This document shows positions 8,204 through 15,759 of a stretch of 49,612 nt of DNA, piece by piece (position 1 is the first letter of the stretch; each line of letters starts with the position of its first letter). The translations under genes were made by a program, and so were the position numbers. Under the pieces are notes generated by a model. It searched no databases. It was given only the letters and a program-made list of their open reading frames with translations, and was not told the origin of the DNA. The stretch spans positions 69,883 through 119,494 of the forward strand of contig DJJA01000005.1 in the NCBI GenBank assembly GCA_002433895.1. The letters are read 5' to 3'. The stretch is from Candidatus Gottesmanbacteria bacterium UBA6580. GTDB lineage: Bacteria; Patescibacteriota; Microgenomatia; UBA10105; UBA927.

Positions 8204-9442
8204 ATGAGCAAAGAAACGCGTAACCAGCTTTCGTATAAACAGCCTGGCGCACAAGAGTCGCGTGTACAAGAACCAGGAACCGAATTACGGGATATCACCG
8301 TCGCTGAAATTTTTCGCCGGTTTGATGAGCAATGGACACCAGATACGGTACGGGTACGTATCGCTCAGGATGGCGATAGTATCAAAGTTCCCCAGGAATG
8401 GCATGGCGCCAATAAATACGGCAAGCCCAATGTTGGCGACGCGGAGGTGTTGTTTGGTTCACTGCTGGTAGAAGCAACAGAAGGCACGCGGCTTACTCCC
8501 GAAGCATTTGTCGAGGGGTTGAAGCTTCAAAACTTCTCGTATGAAGACGGTAAAGGAGTCGCGCTAAGTAGTCAGGAAGCGGTCGCGTTGATATCCTCTG
8601 ATAAAAGTTGCCAGATTGTGTCTCCCGAAGATGAAATTCCCATTGTCCGCGCGGTAAAAAATGACCGCGAAGGGAAAATAATCATTGAAATCCGTAATGG
8701 TTCGATGTCTCCCGTCATGCAGGAACTCACGATTATCGGTAATGACCCGGTGTTGGATAGCAACAAAAAAATGCGATACCGCAAGGCGGTTAGTGATTGC
8801 CTGGGGGGATTTAGCGCCAAGGGGGCGACCGCAGTCAGAAAACGGTTAGGGCTGTATGAATACAAGCGGCTCACCAGGTTTGACGACTGTTTGGCTTCAG
8901 GAGCGACGATATTCGGCGATCAGGAAGTGGACGATGCTCTGGGCAGAAACCGCGAGCGGACACTGGAAGAGATACGCGTGGCCGTCGCCTCGACCCAAGG
9001 GATTACCATCGCGGTAAAACGGGCACTTGATAGGAAGATGCCGCTGCTTATCCGTGTCGGGGCATTGGCATACGGATTGGGCAGTAAGAAAACCGGTGCG
9101 AATTATCTTATGAATACGCAGCCGGAAATGAAGGCGCTTGGGGCGTTTACGGTGGGCGATATGGGAGATAAACTTTCGACCGGCCGGGAAGGACGCATCA
9201 ATCCGCATACAAGGATTTACGGACCGGGAAAAAATGAGACCCGGATATATCTCGGTGGAGGGTTAGCAATGCTGGAGCTTTGGGAAGATAAAATCAGGGA
9301 AAAGAATAAAACCCCGGATTCTGTGGTGTGCGTATTGCAGGCCTCACGGATCAATCCGCCACCGGGAAGTGACGGAGAAATTCACGATTGGGGAGTGCTC
9401 ATGAAGGGCAAGAAACTGCCGCTATTTAGCCCGGCGTCATAA
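8204..9442 (+). CDS. Divergent uracil phosphoribosyltransferase-like protein with an N-terminal extension of roughly 110-150 aa
   Basis: PIVRAV (cf. PILRAG), RFDDCLASGATI (cf. UPRT PRPP loop DPMLATGGS) and AFTVGDMGDKLSTG (cf. UPRT C-terminal GLGDAGDRxFGT). ATG 8204 is preferred over the upstream track start at 8132. Confidence 0.6.
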   Translation: MSKETRNQLSYKQPGAQESRVQEPGTELRDITVAEIFRRFDEQWTPDTVRVRIAQDGDSIKVPQEWHGANKYGKPNVGDAEVLFGSLLVEATEGTRLTPEAFVEGLKLQNFSYEDGKGVALSSQEAVALISSDKSCQIVSPEDEIPIVRAVKNDREGKIIIEIRNGSMSPVMQELTIIGNDPVLDSNKKMRYRKAVSDCLGGFSAKGATAVRKRLGLYEYKRLTRFDDCLASGATIFGDQEVDDALGRNRERTLEEIRVAVASTQGITIAVKRALDRKMPLLIRVGALAYGLGSKKTGANYLMNTQPEMKALGAFTVGDMGDKLSTGREGRINPHTRIYGPGKNETRIYLGGGLAMLELWEDKIREKNKTPDSVVCVLQASRINPPPGSDGEIHDWGVLMKGKKLPLFSPAS

Positions 9443-9459
9443 ACGATATAATACAGAGT

Positions 9460-9951
9460 ATGATCCAGGATGCGATTTGGACTCCGAGTGACAACGATCT
9501 ACACGCAGAGAAGACCCGTATAGCCACAGAGGCTGGGGTCATTGGCCAAGAGAAGCTCGAGGTGTTGGCACGCGCCGCGTTTGCCGCAAAAGACCGGACA
9601 TATTCGCCGTATTCCCATTTTCCGGTTGGGGCGGCAGTGCTCGATACGAAAGGAACCATACACACGGGGCAGAATATTGAGGTTGCGACGTATTCGGAAG
9701 CAGCACATGCTGAGGAACAGGCGATAAAAAACGCAGTAAGCACGGGGGTGATTGCCTCCCAGGGCAGGATGTTTGTGCGGGCTATCGCGGCGACAGCAGC
9801 GCCCTGTGGCAGGTGCCGGCAGATTATCGCCGAATTTTCCGATAATCCGCTCGTTATTATCCTTGATACAAACGGGAATATCCAAACAATCACGTCGCTT
9901 GTAATCTTCCTTCCTCTTGCGTTTTCCCCCAAGGATTTACCCGGGCAGTAA
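9460..9951 (+). CDS. cdd: Cytidine deaminase
   Basis: SPYSHFPVGAA.., zinc motifs HAEEQAI and PCGRCRQIIAEF. Confidence 0.8.
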   Translation: MIQDAIWTPSDNDLHAEKTRIATEAGVIGQEKLEVLARAAFAAKDRTYSPYSHFPVGAAVLDTKGTIHTGQNIEVATYSEAAHAEEQAIKNAVSTGVIASQGRMFVRAIAATAAPCGRCRQIIAEFSDNPLVIILDTNGNIQTITSLVIFLPLAFSPKDLPGQ

Positions 9952-9985
9952 TTGCTTAGCCGGTTGAAGTGCTCCGGATGGTACA

Positions 9986-10996
9986 ATGAAAGGTATGTTC
10001 GTTGATAATGTCACGTTGGTGGTGAAAGCAGGTGATGGCGGCAACGGTGCCGCTACGTTTGCACGCACGTCCATGAAAGCTCGAGGGGGTCCGGATGGCG
10101 GCAATGGCGGCAATGGCGGCGATGTATTGTTTCAAGGGTCTTCCAACGTAAATGATCTGCGTGAGTTTCGTTACAAAAAAAAGATTGTAGGTGAAAACGG
10201 TGGTCATGGCACCAAACACAACGGGTTTGGTAAAAACGCCAAGCATATTGTGGTTCACGTACCGCTCGGTACCAGGGTCACTGACGTACATTCCGGTAAC
10301 GTAATCGAAATCGAAACAGAAGATGCACCGGTTTTAATTGCCCGTGGCGGCGCCGGCGGCTACGGAAATTTTAAATTTAAGTCTGCCACCAATCAGGCAC
10401 CGACCACCCGTGAATTAGGCGGTGGCGGAGAAACAAAAACGGTCACGCTTGAACTCCGACTTATCGCGGAAATTGGTCTCATCGGGCTCCCGAATGCGGG
10501 CAAAAGCAGCCTGCTTGCTGCCCTTACCCACGCGACTCCCGCTATCGGCGCGTATCCTTTCACTACCCTAGAACCAAATATCGGCATGTTTGGTTCTCAT
10601 CCGATCGCGGATATCCCCGGACTTATTGAGGGCGCCTCCCGCGGAGTAGGTTTAGGTATCAAATTTTTAAAACATATAGAAAAAACGAAGATACTGGTAC
10701 ACCTCGTCGACCTCACGGGAGATAATCCTATGGGTGCGTACGAAACAGTGCGCAATGAGTTTAAAGAGTTTAACCCGTTGTTGTTGGAGAAACCGGAAGT
10801 CATATTTCTCAACAAGGCCGACGCAGTCGATGCTGCACGGGTAGCACTTATCGAAAAACAGTTTCAGTCGCTCAATAAAGAGGTATTTGTAGGATCCGTA
10901 CACACCGCCAAAAGTATAGACGCGTTCAAACGTCTTATAACACGATTATTGGCTCCAAAACAAGACGATTTACCCCGGTCAGCCATATTCGGATAA
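9986..10996 (+). CDS. obg: GTPase Obg (short form without a C-terminal domain)
   Basis: MFVD..VKAGDGGNG glycine-rich Obg fold, then G1 GLPNAGKSS, G3 DIPG and G4 NKAD. The start may be ATG 9995. Confidence 0.9.
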   Translation: MKGMFVDNVTLVVKAGDGGNGAATFARTSMKARGGPDGGNGGNGGDVLFQGSSNVNDLREFRYKKKIVGENGGHGTKHNGFGKNAKHIVVHVPLGTRVTDVHSGNVIEIETEDAPVLIARGGAGGYGNFKFKSATNQAPTTRELGGGGETKTVTLELRLIAEIGLIGLPNAGKSSLLAALTHATPAIGAYPFTTLEPNIGMFGSHPIADIPGLIEGASRGVGLGIKFLKHIEKTKILVHLVDLTGDNPMGAYETVRNEFKEFNPLLLEKPEVIFLNKADAVDAARVALIEKQFQSLNKEVFVGSVHTAKSIDAFKRLITRLLAPKQDDLPRSAIFG

Positions 10997-11045
10997 ACCG
11001 GTGCGATATGTGGTATACTATACCAACAGAAAGGAGAAACAAACC

Positions 11046-11243
11046 ATGAACGGAACAATCAAAACAAAAACGGATAGGGGATTTGGTTTTATCGCCAGAG
11101 ACGGCGAATCAAAAGACCTATTTTTCCATTCCAAAGATTTGGTCGGTGTCACATTTGACGAGCTTCAAGTAGGCGAAGTCGTGACATTCGAAGTCGTAGA
11201 CGGTCCGAAAGGCCCATCTGCTAAAAATGTAAAACGAGCGTAA
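11046..11243 (+). CDS. Cold-shock protein (CspA family)
   Basis: GTIKTKTDRGFGFI (RNP1-like) and DLFFH (RNP2-like). AAAGGAG RBS 8 nt upstream of ATG 11046. Confidence 0.9.
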   Translation: MNGTIKTKTDRGFGFIARDGESKDLFFHSKDLVGVTFDELQVGEVVTFEVVDGPKGPSAKNVKRA

Positions 11244-11273
11244 AAACTCATATTGACCGTAAGGCCAATCAAC

Positions 11274-11302
11274 AAAAGCCTCGCGAAAGCGGGGCTTTTT
11301 TG
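11274..11302. terminator. Bidirectional intrinsic terminator between the csp gene and the convergent 11318-11620 ORF
   Basis: AAAAGCCTCGC-GAAA-GCGGGGCTTTTTT hairpin, with an A-run on one side and a T-run on the other. Confidence 0.6.
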
Positions 11303-11317
11303 TGGGGGAAGGGAAAG

Positions 11318-11620
11318 TTAACCGTGCATCCCTGGAGCTTTGGGGTGAGAGTGGCGGACATTCCGATGTAGCCTGCCTGCAGAGGCGTCCAGACGGGCAT
11401 GATCTTTTCTCACTGCACGGCGCGCAGCTTCAACATTTGCGATGGAGTCGGGGTGCATTCCAGAGGATAGGTGGTTAGCCTGAAAGTAACGCCGTACGGA
11501 AAATTGCAGCCGCCAATGGTCAAATACGTGCGCAAGCCCCAGGCCGACCGCCCGAAGTCCGCCGGTTTCGTACAGCACGCGTAAGTTAGGTACGTCTTTA
11601 AAAGGCTCTATCCGTTTCAT
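11318..11620 (-). CDS. Hypothetical protein downstream of the STAS gene
   Basis: 100-aa ORF. Its ATG overlaps the terminal TGA of the extended STAS frame (ATGA). The C-terminal third is R/H/G-rich and looks poorly protein-like. Confidence 0.35.
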   Translation of the reverse strand: MKRIEPFKDVPNLRVLYETGGLRAVGLGLAHVFDHWRLQFSVRRYFQANHLSSGMHPDSIANVEAARRAVRKDHARLDASAGRLHRNVRHSHPKAPGMHG

Positions 11621-11925
11621 CGTTTTTTAATAGGAAGTAAGATGTCTAATCCTGATAACGCTAATTTGTCGCTTATCTGTTCTTGTACCATATCCAAAAT
11701 AATTTGACCACCCCGTTCTTTCGCTCATTTTTGCGCGCCAAGCAGTTCTTTGGTACCCGATGAGCTCATGTACGTAACCTTGCGCAAATCAACGACCAGG
11801 GTAAAGGGTCGGCGTTGTATGCCGGACAATGCTGTGTCTAGGGTTGTGCGGAACAAGGGGGATTTGGCTTTATCAATTTTACCACCTGCAATTTCCGGAG
11901 CGACACGAAGTTCGCCTCTCGCCAT
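11617..11925 (-). pseudogene. STAS-domain protein (anti-sigma-factor-antagonist-like) interrupted by one in-frame TGA at 11725-11727
   Basis: The track ORF (66 aa) ends ..VDLRKVTYMSSSGTKELLGAQK-TGA. The same frame continues without stops as AKERGGQIILDMVQEQISDKLALSGLDILLPIKKR-TGA, which is the expected STAS C-terminal half (GGQ.., ..SGL..). Confidence 0.65.
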
Positions 11926-11986
11926 GGTTATGGGCTATTATATAAAGTTTGACCGCTATGTCAATCTTTTTGATGCAAAAGAGGAG

Positions 11987-13222
11987 TTAGTCGACGAACG
12001 TGAGGGCGATACCGCGTTTGTTCGCGCGTCCCGTGCGGCCGATGCGGTGGATGTAATCTTCCAGTGTTTCCGGCAGGTCATAGTTAATGACGTGGGAAAC
12101 ATCGGGAATATCCAATCCGCGGCTCGCGACATCGGTAGCAAGCAGTATTTGGATTTCACTGCGCTTGAATTGCTCTAGCACATACTGGCGCTGGTTTTGC
12201 CGCTTGTTACCGTGGATAGCTCCCGAGCGGAAGCCCCGTTTGACGAGCTCGTCGGAGAGCCGCTGGACGCCCCATTTGGTGCGGCCAAAGATAAGTACTT
12301 TGCCGAATTCTTTTTTGATCAGTAAATCGTGGAGCACTTCTACTTTTGCATCTCTATTGGGCACGCGAACTACATCTTGGCGTATGGTTGTTGCCGCATC
12401 TTCAGTCCGGACAGAGACGCGGACCGGATTGGTTACAAAACTGTCGAGTATTTCCGTGACCCTGCCTGATATAGTAGCCGAGAAAAACAGTGATTGCCGT
12501 TCTTTCGGAAGGAGCGATATGAAGTATTTGATATCGTTGATAAACCCGATATCGACCATGCGGTCTGCTTCATCCAATACAACGTTGCGGAACGCCGACA
12601 AACGGATATAACGGGATTCGATAAAGTCTTTGAGCCTGCCGGGGGTAGCCACCACCACATGCGGATCAAGTTTCAGATCTTGGCGCTGACGCCATTCGTT
12701 GGCACCGCCGATAAGCATAGCGCTACGAAGTGACAATCCTTTGGAAAAGTCACGGAATTCTTTGTGTATTTGTACGGCGAGTTCACGGGTAGGCGCGATG
12801 ATAAGCACGCGCTGGTTGCGGTCAAGCGAAATTTTTTGAAGTAACGGGATTAAAAACGCCGCGGTTTTCCCGGTGCCGGTATTCGCGGTTCCTATGATAT
12901 CTTTGCCGGCAAGGATAGCCGGAATCGCCTGGTCTTGGATGGGCGTTGGCGCTTTAAATCCTTTGGCGGAAATTGTATGCAACAGCTGTGGGCTTAGTGC
13001 AAAGTCAGAAAACGCGTGCACAACGGGTACTTCTTCTGTGTCCACCACGCCAGCGGTGTTTTGGCTCCGTGCGATAACCGCCAAAATGACGCTTTTGGGT
13101 ACGGTGCGCATGTGTCTGCCGCCCCGGTCACCACCACCTCCGGCACCCCGGTTACCACGATAACCTCCTTGTGGACGAAATGACCGCTGATTGCTTTTAT
13201 ACATAGGTTTTCTGGAATACAC
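11987..13222 (-). CDS. DEAD-box ATP-dependent RNA helicase with an RGG-rich N-terminus
   Basis: Q-motif region, AxTGTGKT, PTRELA, VLDEADRM, SAT and HRIGRTGRA. The start is GTG 13222 or ATG 13204. Confidence 0.9.
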   Translation of the reverse strand: MYSRKPMYKSNQRSFRPQGGYRGNRGAGGGGDRGGRHMRTVPKSVILAVIARSQNTAGVVDTEEVPVVHAFSDFALSPQLLHTISAKGFKAPTPIQDQAIPAILAGKDIIGTANTGTGKTAAFLIPLLQKISLDRNQRVLIIAPTRELAVQIHKEFRDFSKGLSLRSAMLIGGANEWRQRQDLKLDPHVVVATPGRLKDFIESRYIRLSAFRNVVLDEADRMVDIGFINDIKYFISLLPKERQSLFFSATISGRVTEILDSFVTNPVRVSVRTEDAATTIRQDVVRVPNRDAKVEVLHDLLIKKEFGKVLIFGRTKWGVQRLSDELVKRGFRSGAIHGNKRQNQRQYVLEQFKRSEIQILLATDVASRGLDIPDVSHVINYDLPETLEDYIHRIGRTGRANKRGIALTFVD

Positions 13223-13930
13223 GAGATTGAAACAAAAGAACTGCTTATGAAATGAAAAAACCTGAAAAGGGGAAAAGACGCAGGTTATAAGATATTATCT
13301 TGGGGCGTTTTTTCTCTTAACTTCTCAAACTGTTAACTCGATAAGCAGATGTATTGTTTCAATACAAGTGCAGAAAGAAGTATAGCAGAAGCCCGCCGGA
13401 ATAGCAATTTTCTGGCTATTTTGGTAACATACCTCACGTATGGGCTTTAGTTTAAAGGAAGCTATAGCAATCTTTATACGCTCCCATTGTGAGAAGGACA
13501 TGGCGGTTAAAGTAGATGAATCTCCTGACATTATCGCCGTGGGTCGCAGAAATGGGGTGATTGTTCCTATTGTCCGTCCGGGTTCAACACTCACCGAATC
13601 GGAAATAATGAAAAAAGCAGGGATTGATCATTCTCGGCCGTCAAGGAGAGGGACAACTGTATTATCTTCAGATTTTAAAATCGTAACAATCTCCCGTTCG
13701 CGCAAACGTCCGCCAGATAGACTTCATTAAGCGCCCCACCATTCAGGAAATGAAGCAATGGCCGGTGGTCATCCGGCTGATATCGCACTATCTGTATGTT
13801 TTCGGGTGTCATACGAAGCCTCTATTATACTATAGGGTAAATAGCTGGTTCAAATTACGCATCGTTCGTTTGTGTGATGCAAATCCAATTTTCGGTTTAT
13901 TTTCATATTATTTGATACAGTTACGCCTAG

Positions 13931-13959
13931 TTGACCGCCTCTATTTTCGGGTTTATTAT
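13931..13959 (+). promoter_or_regulatory. Sigma70-like promoter of the small-ORF/dinB operon
   Basis: TTGACC (13931-13936), 17-nt spacer, TATTAT (13954-13959). The ATG at 13973 follows after 13 nt, so the leader is very short. Confidence 0.5.
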
Positions 13960-13972
13960 GGTTTTGTTCCCT

Positions 13973-14227
13973 ATGTCCGAAACAATAAACGAACCGGTTT
14001 CCGTCACTCTCTGGAGTAACCATAAGACCCGAAAAGTCCTCCCATACGGGCTGTATTGGCATGGGAGGCGCTACCAAATTACCACCATAGGATTACACCA
14101 CACCGTGTGGGAAGGGAAACGGCTATTCCATATCTTTTCGGTGAGTGATGGCAGTACGTTTTTTAAATTGGTCATGAATAGTGAAACACTGGCATGGACG
14201 TTGCTTGAAGTGGATACGGCCAATTAA
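13973..14227 (+). CDS. Small conserved-looking protein of unknown function immediately upstream of dinB
   Basis: MSETINEPVSVTLWSNHKTRKVLPYGLYWHGRRYQITTIGLHHTVWEGKRLFHIFSV.. has protein-like, beta-rich composition. It stops 3 nt before the dinB ATG. The track start (TTG 13931) coincides with the -35 box. Confidence 0.5.
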   Translation: MSETINEPVSVTLWSNHKTRKVLPYGLYWHGRRYQITTIGLHHTVWEGKRLFHIFSVSDGSTFFKLVMNSETLAWTLLEVDTAN

Positions 14228-14230
14228 GCT

Positions 14231-15523
14231 ATGGATTTTAACCCTATCCCGCCTACCACGATGCATGTAGACATCAATTCCTGTTTCGCGACGGTGGAGC
14301 AGCAGGCAAATCCGTTGTTGCGGGGGAAGCCGGTGGTGGTTGCCGCGTATGTAAAAGATTACGGATGTATTTTAGCGGCAAGCCGTGAAGCCAAAAAACT
14401 GGGGATAAAAACAGGCATGCGGGTGAAAGAAGGCAAAATGATCGCCCCGCGCCTTGTGGTGCTGCCGCCTGATCCGCCGAAGTACCGCATCGTGAACCGG
14501 CAGCTGTTGGGATTGCTCCAGTCATATACCGCGCATATCAGCGTCGAGTCTATCGACGAGATGGTGATGAACCTTAAGGATACACCGGCATTACACCATC
14601 AATCGATGGAAGATATAGCCAGAGAAATCAAAATGAGGATTAGAGCGGAGATCGGTGAGTGGATTACCGTTTCCTGTGGGATCGCTCCTAACCGTTATTT
14701 AGCAAAAGTAGCTTCTGGATTACAGAAGCCGGATGGATTGGTCACCATTACCCGCGAAAACATTGTCGATACGTTTAGCCGTATGACGCTTACTGATTTT
14801 TGTGGCATCAAGGAAGGCAACAGTAACAGGCTCAAAGCTGCGGGCATTCTCACTCCTTTGGCATTTTACCGGGCAAGTGCTACTGATCTTAAGCGCGCCT
14901 TCCGTTCTGTCACCGGCTACCATTGGTGGCTCCGGCTGCATGGATACGAAGACGGGAGCATGTACAAAGAGTTTGAGAAGGATACTGGAGAAGATCAGAA
15001 GAGCTTCGGTCAGTCGTATGTGTTGGGTACCGCACGTACAACCCATGACCCCCGGTTGTGGCAGATACTTGCCCAACTCACCATGAAAATGGGCAGGCGT
15101 CTGCGGGCGGACGGATTTGTAGCGTATGGCGTAGGGATTTCTACCATGTTTACCGATCACACCCACTGGCACACGCAGGAGAAAAAATCGTTTGCCTTGT
15201 TTACTGATCTGGATTTTTATACCGCTATGCGTTCGATGCTTATGCACGCGCCCGAACAACCGGTGAAACTACTGGCGGTGTATTGTTACGCATTACACCG
15301 GGACACCGAGATGCAGGTATCATTGTTCCCCGAAGAGAACAGAGGCCGCGATATCACCCGGGCGATCGACGCTATCCAGGATAGATTCGGTGATTTTGTG
15401 ATTTATCCCGCCCGGATGGTGAATATGGAGCAAAAAGTGCTCGACCGTATTTCGTTTGGCGGCGTACAGGGGCTGCCTGATGTGTCATTTACCGAACAGG
15501 TGAAGCGTGAAATGGTTACTTGA
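14231..15523 (+). CDS. dinB: Y-family DNA polymerase (Pol IV/DinB-like)
   Basis: MHVDINSCFATVEQ..NPLLRGKPVVV N-terminus and the SIDE catalytic motif (ESIDEM). Confidence 0.85.
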   Translation: MDFNPIPPTTMHVDINSCFATVEQQANPLLRGKPVVVAAYVKDYGCILAASREAKKLGIKTGMRVKEGKMIAPRLVVLPPDPPKYRIVNRQLLGLLQSYTAHISVESIDEMVMNLKDTPALHHQSMEDIAREIKMRIRAEIGEWITVSCGIAPNRYLAKVASGLQKPDGLVTITRENIVDTFSRMTLTDFCGIKEGNSNRLKAAGILTPLAFYRASATDLKRAFRSVTGYHWWLRLHGYEDGSMYKEFEKDTGEDQKSFGQSYVLGTARTTHDPRLWQILAQLTMKMGRRLRADGFVAYGVGISTMFTDHTHWHTQEKKSFALFTDLDFYTAMRSMLMHAPEQPVKLLAVYCYALHRDTEMQVSLFPEENRGRDITRAIDAIQDRFGDFVIYPARMVNMEQKVLDRISFGGVQGLPDVSFTEQVKREMVT

Positions 15524-15564
15524 CACTCCTTTACTTAAAGGAGTACCTTAGATCACAAGTGAAT

Positions 15565-15685
15565 AAATCAAGAGTGATGGCCCCGCCACAGGCGGGGTAA
15601 AGGAGACTCCTCCGTAACCATCCAGCAACCGAGTCAATGAGATCGCGGTGCTTAAAAGAGACCCCGTAACCGCGGGGAATGATTA
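15565..15685 (+). promoter_or_regulatory. SAM riboswitch aptamer (SAM-I clan, S-box or SAM-I/IV-like)
   Basis: P1 AATCA..TGATT encloses AAGAG, TGATGG..CCATCC, AGCAACC, GGTGCTTAA and a CCCCG-loop-CGGGG hairpin. It lies directly upstream of metK. Confidence 0.7.
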
Positions 15686-15706
15686 GCCTTGCATTGGGAA
15701 AAATAG

Positions 15707-15733
15707 TACCCCGCTTGGCGGGGTATTTTTTTG
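15707..15733 (+). terminator. Riboswitch expression-platform terminator
   Basis: TACCCCGC-TTGG-CGGGGTA followed by T7. Its 5' arm is complementary to the CGCGGGG strand of the aptamer's last hairpin, giving an antiterminator alternative. Confidence 0.7.
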
Positions 15734-15759
15734 CTCTATCAGGGCGAGAAAGGAAACAT

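Noticed and set aside
10085-10125. Short tandem GGCGGCAATGGCGGCAATGGCGGC repeat.
   Set aside because: It encodes the normal glycine-rich GGNGGNGG segment of the Obg fold and is not a regulatory or CRISPR-like repeat.
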